A stretch of 64,000 nucleotides of DNA from contig JAVEZP010000002.1 in assembly GCA_034002925.1 (NCBI GenBank), positions 16,655-80,654 of the forward strand, read 5' to 3'. The position numbers and the translations under genes were made by a program. This DNA is from Patescibacteria group bacterium (GTDB lineage: Bacteria; Patescibacteriota; Patescibacteriia; Patescibacteriales; UBA12465). Shown here piece by piece: positions 27,336 to 35,509 of this stretch. The notes under the pieces are model-generated. The model ran no database searches and had not been told where the DNA came from. It saw only the letters and a program-made list of their open reading frames with translations. How positions within the stretch are numbered: the first letter of the stretch is position 1; each line of letters begins with the position of its first letter.

Positions 27336-27468
27336 ATACCTCAATTTTGAGATATTTTTTGTAGTTTACTACGTCTTTTGATGAGAACGGGTCTCTCGAA
27401 AGACGCACTAGGTTGGCTCCGAGGCTAGGACGCGAACGGGTCTCTCGAACCACGCCCGTCCCTCGGTA
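27329..27468 (-). repeat. Unit B: terminator-like hairpin plus tRNA 3'-end-like minihelix
   Basis: Shares two blocks with unit C (43/52 and 31/36 identical by hand). The minus strand ends ..CCTCGGAGCCAAC. It has an internal direct repeat gaacgggtctctcgaa x2. Confidence 0.65.
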
Positions 27469-27473
27469 AAAAA

Positions 27474-28418
27474 CTATTCAGTAGCCATAATAATCTCTCC
27501 ACACTTATCTTTATACTGATCTACAATATCAAAAATATCATCTATTTTAGGTTCTCTAGCAGTAATTTCTTCTCCGTTTTTAAATGTCGCTGTAACTTCC
27601 AAAGCATGTGTTTGCATAACTGATTCTATTTCACATTCGGCAATAGCTTGTTTTATTAAATTCCAGTTAGTAATATTTGTAAATGCATAATCTTCTGCTT
27701 TTACAATTAATTCGTCTACGTCATGATCAAATATTTTCTGTTGAACATCCTCGGGAAATATTTTCTTAATATCTTTGGTATAATCAGCTCCATCACCTGG
27801 AGCTTCATATGAAAATTTATTTATATCATAATATGACAACTCATTTGGATAATCTATTTTAACTGGACCAGATGAACCACTGACTGTAACTAACTTATTA
27901 TTTTCAATCACATATTCTCCGCAATAGGCCCAAATATATAATGGGAATAATTCTTGGTCAGGTTTTAAATTTTTAATTGTACAAAAATTATAGCTATCAT
28001 CTCGATTTTTCCAGCTAAAATGTTTTTGTATTAATAAATATCTTTCTATGGCTTGCTCTCTTGGTGTTGGGTTGTAGGCTATATTTATTTTATCTGTTAC
28101 TTGGGTTGAAGCGTTAACACAAAATTGTTTTGAATGACAACTTAAATAATTTGAGACTACCGTTTCGCCACAAAGAGAGCAAGTGTCTTGATGTTCCAAG
28201 CACTCAACTTCATTTAACTTTTCACAAGCATCTTCATCGATAAAATCATTATTTTGCAAAGATAAAAGTATTCCAGGGATTATACCTACTAAAATCAGTA
28301 CTACTCCTAAAATCAAATAGATTTTATTAAATTTATTTTGTTTTTTCTTTTGGGTAAAATAGATGATCAACCCAATTGTCCCCAAGATTAAAAATATTAG
28401 TGATGTTGGTATTGGCAT
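27474..28418 (-). CDS. Membrane-anchored Cys-rich extracellular hypothetical protein
   Basis: 314 aa with two N-terminal TM helices, then DACEKLNEVECLEHQDTCSLCGETVVSNYLSCHSKQFC. Confidence 0.65.
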   Translation of the reverse strand: MPIPTSLIFLILGTIGLIIYFTQKKKQNKFNKIYLILGVVLILVGIIPGILLSLQNNDFIDEDACEKLNEVECLEHQDTCSLCGETVVSNYLSCHSKQFCVNASTQVTDKINIAYNPTPREQAIERYLLIQKHFSWKNRDDSYNFCTIKNLKPDQELFPLYIWAYCGEYVIENNKLVTVSGSSGPVKIDYPNELSYYDINKFSYEAPGDGADYTKDIKKIFPEDVQQKIFDHDVDELIVKAEDYAFTNITNWNLIKQAIAECEIESVMQTHALEVTATFKNGEEITAREPKIDDIFDIVDQYKDKCGEIIMATE

Positions 28419-28446
28419 AAAGTTATATTAATAAATTTTTTAATCT

Positions 28447-28644
28447 CTAATTAATCTTAGTGTTATTATTCGTAAAAACATAAAAAAATAGAGCATTTAT
28501 TATAACAAACAACAAAGAAAAAATAATAGAAAATGCTATAAAACTTTCTTCTAAACTTTTTTGTAATGCCCAAATATTTATACCAATAAATATTATTCCA
28601 ATTATTGCATTGATAGAAATGTTTATAAAAATTATTTTTTTCAT
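28447..28644 (-). CDS. Small two-helix membrane protein
   Basis: 65 aa, hydrophobic, lying in an operon-like series. Confidence 0.5.
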   Translation of the reverse strand: MKKIIFINISINAIIGIIFIGINIWALQKSLEESFIAFSIIFSLLFVIINALFFYVFTNNNTKIN

Positions 28645-28661
28645 AAGTATATTTTTAATCT

Positions 28662-30098
28662 CTATAACTCATCATAATAATTTACAATACCAGAATTTTC
28701 CCCTGACACAACTTCCATATTACCAGTAATGTATACATTTAATCTACTTGTGTTTGTCGCATTAATTACCGCCTCCTCTGCTATAAATTTATCCATTTCA
28801 ACCCAGCAATCACCTGAATCTATTATCAAATTCTTAGCCGAACCTGTTAAATTAATGATACCACCATTAGCATCTAATTTTAATGTATCTATAACCTTAA
28901 CATTACCCTTTATATTATTAAACCTATGAGTCAATTTTATTTCTAAATTATCAACTTCTAAACTTCCCAATTTAACATTAGCACCTTCATTTTTTATTTT
29001 TTCAACATCTGGCATGGTTATTTCTATCACTAGGTGCTTGGTTCCTGCTCGAAACAAAATATTTCTGTTCTCTACGATCCAAGTATCAGTATTAAAAAAT
29101 GTTTCAAAGCTCGATCTTTTAATATTTAAAGTATTATCAACTTTTTCAAAGTCTAATCCGATCTGATCATACTCACTACCTTTAATTAAAATGTCAAAAT
29201 CATCACCTTGCTTAATTATTATGTCATCAAATTCAACATAAGGTGATATATAGATGTTTTTAAAATCTTTAATATCAATATGACTCTCCTGAATGTTGGC
29301 CTTCATATCTGCTTCTTTTACTTTAAACCCAGAATTCAAATAAATAAATGATAAAAGAAAAATAATTAAAAAAATACCAAGATAGATAAGCAAACGCAAT
29401 GATATTTTCTTGTTTAAATATTTCTTGCTAGGAAACAATGAAATTATTCCTAAATTAATAATAAATATTAATGGTATCGCCAAAATACAAAAGATAGAAA
29501 TGAGCATTGGATAATAACCCCAAAATCCAATAACATCTATAATTCTAAAATCAGCCATTATGTATCTAAGCCAATGGCTTGAGGGGTTGAAAAATAAATA
29601 TAAAAATATAACTGTGGATGTCAATATTCCCAAAGATCCAGCACCTAAAAATATTCCTCCAAATATTTTTTTAAAAGCTAGAACTATCTTTGAATTTGGA
29701 TATTTTTTAAATTGCTCTGATGTGCCCCTGATAACTAATCCAATTAGACCACCCGCCAAACTTAAAACAATAAAAGGGAAAAATATACCCAACAAAGCTT
29801 CAAAACTGAAAGATGGCTTGGGCAAATATCCATGATTTGAATATGTTAATAAATAGTTAATTACTACAACTGCTATATTATTAACTAAAGTCCCGATTAA
29901 TAAAATTGGTAAAAACTCATAGCTTCTATTTTTGTCTTGGACTAAAATCAATAAAATACCTGTCAAAAAAGGTAATAAAAGCATAATAAAAATAACTGGT
30001 AGATAGCCAAACATAATATTATCTAATCCACCAGGTAATATATTTAATACTGTAGTAACAATTATAGTAAAAATAAAAATGTAAAAAAGTTTTTTCAT
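28662..30098 (-). CDS. Polytopic membrane protein with a C-terminal beta-helix/GIN-like (DUF2807/DUF4097-like) domain
   Basis: 478 aa with about 7 TM helices. The C-terminal segment is repetitive (GNVKVIDTLKLDANGGIINLTGSAKNLIIDSGD...). The domain call is tentative. Confidence 0.55.
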   Translation of the reverse strand: MKKLFYIFIFTIIVTTVLNILPGGLDNIMFGYLPVIFIMLLLPFLTGILLILVQDKNRSYEFLPILLIGTLVNNIAVVVINYLLTYSNHGYLPKPSFSFEALLGIFFPFIVLSLAGGLIGLVIRGTSEQFKKYPNSKIVLAFKKIFGGIFLGAGSLGILTSTVIFLYLFFNPSSHWLRYIMADFRIIDVIGFWGYYPMLISIFCILAIPLIFIINLGIISLFPSKKYLNKKISLRLLIYLGIFLIIFLLSFIYLNSGFKVKEADMKANIQESHIDIKDFKNIYISPYVEFDDIIIKQGDDFDILIKGSEYDQIGLDFEKVDNTLNIKRSSFETFFNTDTWIVENRNILFRAGTKHLVIEITMPDVEKIKNEGANVKLGSLEVDNLEIKLTHRFNNIKGNVKVIDTLKLDANGGIINLTGSAKNLIIDSGDCWVEMDKFIAEEAVINATNTSRLNVYITGNMEVVSGENSGIVNYYDEL

Positions 30099-30104
30099 AA
30101 AAAT

Positions 30105-30749
30105 TTAATCCCAAGTATCTAAACCGCTTCCAGATAAAGGAATTACATCACCTAAATATTTTGGTTTTGAATTAAAAGTAATATTTAACCAAGCTTTAAC
30201 TTTAGCTAAGACCTCTCTCCTGTTTCTAGTATCCTCACCATAGTATCTTTGCAAATCAGCGCTGACTCCACAACTATCTATTTCTAATTTATCAGCTATA
30301 TATAAAGCTCTTGGCAGATGGAAATCTTGTGTTACAACAATCAGTGAATCGGCTTGAAATATTTCTTTAGCTCTATAAAGACTATCGTAGGTATCAAATC
30401 CTGCGTGATCTAAAAAAATATCTTCTGGTTTTATATTATTTTCCAACAAATATTCTTTAGCAGTATTTACCTCATCATACTCCACTTGCCCATGATCCCC
30501 ACTAACTAAAATTTTATCCACCTTACCTTTGTTATATAACTCAATGGCTGTTTTGACTCTATCTTTAAAAATATCACTCAAACTTCCATTATTCCAAACT
30601 TTAGCGCCAAGAACTAAGGCAGCTTGCTTGTGGGTATTATCCATATCACATAAATTATTACCAATTCTATTAATATTGATATTTATCGCATAAATAGAAC
30701 CTATCAAAACTATTATGCAAATAATAAATATAGTTAATATTTTTTTCAT
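30105..30749 (-). CDS. SanA/YdcF (DUF218) family protein
   Basis: Contains ALVLGAKVWNNGSLSDIFKDRV...ILVSGDHGQVEYDEVNTAKEYL...FLDHAGFDTYDSLYRA. The ATG at 30749 is preferred because the track start at 30761 is a TTG. Confidence 0.75.
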   Translation of the reverse strand: MKKILTIFIICIIVLIGSIYAINININRIGNNLCDMDNTHKQAALVLGAKVWNNGSLSDIFKDRVKTAIELYNKGKVDKILVSGDHGQVEYDEVNTAKEYLLENNIKPEDIFLDHAGFDTYDSLYRAKEIFQADSLIVVTQDFHLPRALYIADKLEIDSCGVSADLQRYYGEDTRNRREVLAKVKAWLNITFNSKPKYLGDVIPLSGSGLDTWD

Positions 30750-30754
30750 AAACT

Positions 30755-31645
30755 TTACCAATAAATTACATTTTCATTATCTGCCCAATAAACATATTCA
30801 TGTCTATTTTTAGACAATCTATTATTCTGCTTAACAATTTCACCTTTTTCTAAATCAAAAATAAACAAAGTCCAATATTCATTTTTTGTATCATAATCAA
30901 CAGATTCAATCTGTGCCTCAATAGCCAACCTGCTACTGTCAGGAGAAAAAACTATATGGTTAAAATCAAGTAATTTGGTTTCTTTAAAACGTGTAATAAA
31001 AAACCCATCATTAATATCATCTAAATTTAATAAACGCAAACTTAAATTTTGGTTGTTACAACTATGATTAATTTCCATAACAGATGGATTTTTAACACAT
31101 TCACTTTCTAAAAAGACCACCTTCTCACCGTCAGACGATTTAGCAACTAACTTACCTTTAGATGGTAGTTCCACTGTTTTTCTTGTCCTGAAATCTAAAT
31201 AATAATTAGTAAACGGTCCATTATATAATTTTGAATCTTGCGGATAATACCAAGCTGACCCAACTAAGGTATCCCTAGATAAAGGTGTAAGTATTGGATC
31301 TATATAGTATGTGTAAAAACCCAAAGAATCTTTAATCTCTCCATTTTGCATTATTCTAGTCCAGCCAACACCAAAATCAGTATCTTCTCCTATGTGATCA
31401 AAAGAAAATATATCATCATATTTATCTATGCTAAAAATAGATGGTTGGTTAAAACTTAAAATCTGTCCTGATAAATTATTAAACTCATTATCAATATCAT
31501 CAAGCTTATTTTGTATATGACAATTAAAATATGGCGGTTGTATCAAACAAGCATCACCACGTTTAAACCAGTAGATAAAAATAGCAACTATTGCTAATAT
31601 TATTATGGCTAAAATTATACAAATTTTTCTTTTCATATTGTTCAT
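30755..31645 (-). CDS. Membrane-anchored hypothetical protein, beta-rich ectodomain
   Basis: 296 aa with an N-terminal TM segment. No family recognised. Confidence 0.6.
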   Translation of the reverse strand: MNNMKRKICIILAIIILAIVAIFIYWFKRGDACLIQPPYFNCHIQNKLDDIDNEFNNLSGQILSFNQPSIFSIDKYDDIFSFDHIGEDTDFGVGWTRIMQNGEIKDSLGFYTYYIDPILTPLSRDTLVGSAWYYPQDSKLYNGPFTNYYLDFRTRKTVELPSKGKLVAKSSDGEKVVFLESECVKNPSVMEINHSCNNQNLSLRLLNLDDINDGFFITRFKETKLLDFNHIVFSPDSSRLAIEAQIESVDYDTKNEYWTLFIFDLEKGEIVKQNNRLSKNRHEYVYWADNENVIYW

Positions 31646-31666
31646 TATACCTTATTTAAGACAAAC

Positions 31667-31692
31667 AAAAAACACCTCTAGAGGTGTTTTTT
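31667..31692. terminator. Bidirectional hairpin inside cassette 4
   Basis: aaaaaaCACCTCTAGAGGTGtttttt is a perfect 14-nt palindrome flanked by an A-run and a T-run. Confidence 0.7.
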
Positions 31693-31703
31693 GAAAATAT
31701 ATA

Positions 31704-32759
31704 CTATTTCTTCCAAACATTCTTTGCAAACTTCCATCCATATTTTGCAATAATAAGCATAATAAACAGATAGATAATATATTGTAGAATTAGGAATAAC
31801 AATGATACTAGATTAATAGTAATATCTTGTGCAACCGTATTAATATCTCTAACAAAAGATTTTACTGCTACTTTCCATGATTCTTTTAAATTTTGCCCAT
31901 CAATAAACTTATTTTCTACCACACGAACATTAAAATATGTATATTCTAACCTATCAAGCTGTTCGGCTTTAGATCTATTAATTCTTTCCAATTGTGCATT
32001 AATATTTATCTTCTCTTGAGTTAATCTTTCAATAATTCTAATTTTACTATCAATGATTTTAGCTAGACTTTCTACGTCTTGAGTCCTAGTAGCTAAATCT
32101 GTAATATCATCATAAGCACTAACTGCATTATTTAATGTTTCTTCAATAGAAGCCATCTTCTTTTCTAATATTTCAACTTCACTGGTGTAATCGTCAATTA
32201 ATCTTTTAATGGTATATGTATTTTCATTTAATTCTTTAGGATCTAGTTCCTCGATAATAGTTAATATCTCATCAACGCTATCGTGCTTAACTTTAAAATT
32301 ATAGCTACAGCTTCTTTCGTATTCATTAGCATTTTCAAAAATTACATCTTCGCGTGATTTCAGGTCAGCAACTTTTTTGCAAGTATCTTCTAAATGGCGG
32401 GTTTCAATATTTGCACCATACTCAGTAACTTCGAAATCTTCAGCATCATCACCAGTTGTAGCTGTATTATCCATTGGGGGCATGGACGGTTCTGGGGCTA
32501 TCACATTTCTTATGGATAAACCAACCGAACCGCTAGATTCACCATAACCCATATCTTTCATAGCGTATTCTTCATCATCCATATCAAACACGGCATCCTG
32601 CGTGACCACACTTCTACCATTAGACCCAGGAGTTAAAGATTTAAAAGAAGATCCGATTAAACGAAAGGCTAAAGTAATTACAATAATTACCACTAAGGCT
32701 AACCCCGCAATTTTAAAAATATTGGCTGGTTTTAAATTGAGGTTGTTTGGAAATTGCAT
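31704..32759 (-). CDS. DUF4349-like protein: N-terminal TM, coiled coil, C-terminal TM
   Basis: 351 aa whose architecture and segments (TYTIKRLIDDYTSEVEILEKKM.., YTYFNVRVVE, C-terminal TM) resemble DUF4349 (recalled). Confidence 0.5.
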   Translation of the reverse strand: MQFPNNLNLKPANIFKIAGLALVVIIVITLAFRLIGSSFKSLTPGSNGRSVVTQDAVFDMDDEEYAMKDMGYGESSGSVGLSIRNVIAPEPSMPPMDNTATTGDDAEDFEVTEYGANIETRHLEDTCKKVADLKSREDVIFENANEYERSCSYNFKVKHDSVDEILTIIEELDPKELNENTYTIKRLIDDYTSEVEILEKKMASIEETLNNAVSAYDDITDLATRTQDVESLAKIIDSKIRIIERLTQEKININAQLERINRSKAEQLDRLEYTYFNVRVVENKFIDGQNLKESWKVAVKSFVRDINTVAQDITINLVSLLFLILQYIIYLFIMLIIAKYGWKFAKNVWKK

Positions 32760-32855
32760 ATGAGTTATTTAAGAGTCAATTATTAATTGATAAATGTATA
32801 TTTTATATTATATCAGATTTTGATAAAAAATAACAAAAAAATAACATTTTTTAAC

Positions 32856-33087
32856 CAAACAAAAAATACCTCTAAATTGAGATATTTTTTGTAACCTACT
32901 ACGCATTTCAGTTCGAATCCCTTTCCCAGTAGGAAATGAAAGTTTCGAACTAAAAATTGTTTTTGGCTAATATTAGATGCGTATGGGTCTCTCGAAACGC
33001 GCACTATGTTGGCTCCGGCGAACATATTCGAACTGGAGGTCGGCCTCTAAACACTATTTTCATTCTCCGTGTTTAATATTAGCCAAA
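32856..33087 (-). repeat. Unit C: composite junction with a terminator-like hairpin, T-loop fragments and a tRNA-Gln flank/3'-end-like copy inside a 14-bp inverted repeat
   Basis: The head matches unit B. 32955-33020 aligns with the tRNA-Gln downstream flank plus 3' end (tttttggctaat.., ..gttggctcc). A perfect inverted repeat TTTGGCTAATATTA (32962-75) / TAATATTAGCCAAA (33074-87) is present. Confidence 0.6.
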
Positions 33088-33160
33088 TTATTTCATAAAT
33101 ATTTTTATTAAAAAAGTTCGAATCCGACTACCGGTTTTGATTTAACATTATTCACAATAT

Positions 33161-33349
33161 TTAAAGACTTAATCTTTTAAAAGCATCTAGTGCGTCGACT
33201 ACACAATTTTTTGGCACATTTTTATATACAAAATATCCAGAATTAGTTGGAATAACAAAATTTAGTGAATTATTTTCGCTTATCTTGTCAGAAGAAAAAC
33301 TTTCTAAAACTTTTTCTACATCCATATCTTTTTGAATATTTTTTAACAT
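33161..33349 (-). CDS. Small hypothetical protein
   Basis: 62 aa ORF, last in the cassette-5 gene series. No family recognised. Confidence 0.4.
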   Translation of the reverse strand: MLKNIQKDMDVEKVLESFSSDKISENNSLNFVIPTNSGYFVYKNVPKNCVVDALDAFKRLSL

Positions 33350-33374
33350 TCCAATATTTTTTTCAAATTTTTTA

Positions 33375-33788
33375 TCATTTTTTAAAAATATTTAATAATT
33401 TCGACGCCACTTCTTTAGGTCTTAAATCATAATTAAGTAAATCATTGATACCCAGCCATTCTATCTCATGAATACCTTCATAACCAGAATTTACATCATA
33501 TTCAGGACCATCTCCTGTGCCAAGTTCTCCGGATACAATATCACAAAAATAAAAATGCTCTAATTGTTTAATCTCCCCCCTGTCAAATCTCTCGGATGTA
33601 AAGTTTTCAATTACTTTTATCTCTACGCCGAGTTCCTCTTTGCATTCCCTTTTCATGGCGGTTTCTAAATCCTCGCCTTGTTCAACTCCGCCACCAGGAA
33701 AAACAAAATAGACTAAATCTTGTTTTGATCTTTTAATTGTTAAAAGCTTGTCATCTTTGATAATAATAGCACGAACTCTGTTTAGCAT
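33375..33788 (-). CDS. Nudix hydrolase
   Basis: Nudix box GGGVEQGEDLETAMKRECKEELGVE. It is a paralog of the N-terminus of the adjacent 522-aa protein. Confidence 0.85.
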   Translation of the reverse strand: MLNRVRAIIIKDDKLLTIKRSKQDLVYFVFPGGGVEQGEDLETAMKRECKEELGVEIKVIENFTSERFDRGEIKQLEHFYFCDIVSGELGTGDGPEYDVNSGYEGIHEIEWLGINDLLNYDLRPKEVASKLLNIFKK

Positions 33789-33811
33789 AAATGATATTGA
33801 TAATTTTTTTA

Positions 33812-33847
33812 TAAAAAAGGAGAAGACTGTTTTAAAAATCTTCTCCT
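33812..33847 (-). terminator. Intrinsic terminator after the 522-aa gene
   Basis: Stem aggagaaga/tcttctcct (9 bp) with a 12-nt loop, then TTTTTT on the minus strand. Confidence 0.65.
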
Positions 33848-33857
33848 ATTGCTAACG

Positions 33858-35426
33858 TTAAAAAACGAGTGTCTGTTCAAATTTGAGAATATTCTCAGAA
33901 TAACCGCCATCTGAATTATTAAAGTTGATATCGGCTATTTTACTAACCATCTCAGCACCTCTACTTTTTTTTTCCTGATCTTTCTGTCTTGTTTTCTCTG
34001 TGGCTTCAGATAGAGGAATGTCTAGTTCTGCAGAAGCACGACTACATCTTACTTCAAAAGAAGCGTCCAAATAAACGATTTGAAATTTTATTCCAAAAAG
34101 CAATTTAAGAAATGCCGGGGTGTATGGTTCGTGTAAACTCTCAATAGTAAAATCCTGAACATAGTAATGTGTTTTGCAAAAATGCAAAAATTCCATCGCA
34201 ATATTCTCAGGTGTGTCATCCTCGCCACGCCGCTTCAAAATTTCCACAAAGTAACCAAGTTTTAAACGATAATACCCATTATTTTTGCGAAAATGTTCCG
34301 CAAAACCGCTTTTACCGCATTCACTCAAACCACCAAAACCGATAATACTCCTTACGCTACTTAATATTTCAGACAAAGACAACTTAGATATTTTATTAAT
34401 TAATAATCTTAATTTGTTTTGCGTCTCACAAATTGAGCTATTAACCTTTATTTTTTCTGTCGCATCATTATTGAAATAATAATCCATAGCTTCTTTGAGT
34501 AATTCTTGATACATCAAATAAAACTCATTTTCTTCTGTCGTAAAACAACTTGACTCATTCTGAAGCAATGAAATATATGGAGTAATCGACTTTTGATATT
34601 CCACATCTGGCTGTAGAAGAATATTATGCTCATCTTCTATACAATAATTAAGATTTTCAGTAAAAAACGAGTCAACGTCATTCATAGAATCAATGAGATT
34701 CGACCCTGTCCTTATTGATATAGTTGCTGCACACACAGCTTTAAACATCAACGTTCCTCGGTCTAAAATCACAGTTGAATCTACAAATTCTGAATTTCTC
34801 TTATTCAAAGATTCAATCATAATAGCAAGAAAATCTTCAATTTTTACCTCTTTAAACCACCAATCAAACATACCGTGGGTTCCTAGTTTTGGCCACCGCA
34901 CAGAGTACTCCGTCAATGATTTTGTAAAGCTTAACTGATCACTACCAAAAAAATGAAGCAACTTTATTTGCTGGCTCTTTCCAACACCATCAACGCCATT
35001 GATAGCAATTAGCATTCTAGATTTCTCTAGTAGTTTTTTCTTTACCTCTTCTGGCTGAATGCTTTTTAATGAAAAATCATCCAGTGGAACCCATTCAAGT
35101 GCATATAAACCTTCGTAATTTGTCTCATTCTGAAATTCTGGGCCGGACCCTGTTCCAAGAATACCGCCAATAATTTCACAAAAATAGAAGTATTCACACT
35201 GTTTCTCATTGGATTCACCCAATTCATAACGTGCAAACAAATTGCCAACTTGAACTTCAACGCCAAGTTCTTCTCTACATTCTCTAACCAGGGCTGTTTC
35301 CTTGTTTTTATCGGTATTTTCGACACCGCCACCTGGAAAGACCCAATACTCTCTTCCTTTCTTCATTCTATGGATGAGTAAAATTGCATTACCATTTTTA
35401 ATTATGGCCCTAACTCTTTCTTTCAT
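33858..35426 (-). CDS. Fusion protein: N-terminal Nudix hydrolase plus two P-loop (nucleoside/nucleotide-kinase-like) modules
   Basis: Nudix box GGGVENTDKNKETALVRECREELGVE. Walker A 1 is INGVDGVGKS (Tmk/dNK-like) and Walker A 2 is GFGGLSECGKS. Confidence 0.75.
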   Translation of the reverse strand: MKERVRAIIKNGNAILLIHRMKKGREYWVFPGGGVENTDKNKETALVRECREELGVEVQVGNLFARYELGESNEKQCEYFYFCEIIGGILGTGSGPEFQNETNYEGLYALEWVPLDDFSLKSIQPEEVKKKLLEKSRMLIAINGVDGVGKSQQIKLLHFFGSDQLSFTKSLTEYSVRWPKLGTHGMFDWWFKEVKIEDFLAIMIESLNKRNSEFVDSTVILDRGTLMFKAVCAATISIRTGSNLIDSMNDVDSFFTENLNYCIEDEHNILLQPDVEYQKSITPYISLLQNESSCFTTEENEFYLMYQELLKEAMDYYFNNDATEKIKVNSSICETQNKLRLLINKISKLSLSEILSSVRSIIGFGGLSECGKSGFAEHFRKNNGYYRLKLGYFVEILKRRGEDDTPENIAMEFLHFCKTHYYVQDFTIESLHEPYTPAFLKLLFGIKFQIVYLDASFEVRCSRASAELDIPLSEATEKTRQKDQEKKSRGAEMVSKIADINFNNSDGGYSENILKFEQTLVF

Positions 35427-35509
35427 AATATTCTTCTTTAATTGTTTATGTACTGTTTAACAATATTTTTATTGCTATTTTTGGATAATACCACAAGAAC
35501 TCAAAAATG

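Noticed and set aside
32813-33025. 70-aa minus-strand ORF across island junction C
   Set aside because: It spans the terminator-like hairpin and the tRNA-like repeat blocks shared with unit B. It has no RBS and is best explained as a chance ORF in repeat DNA.
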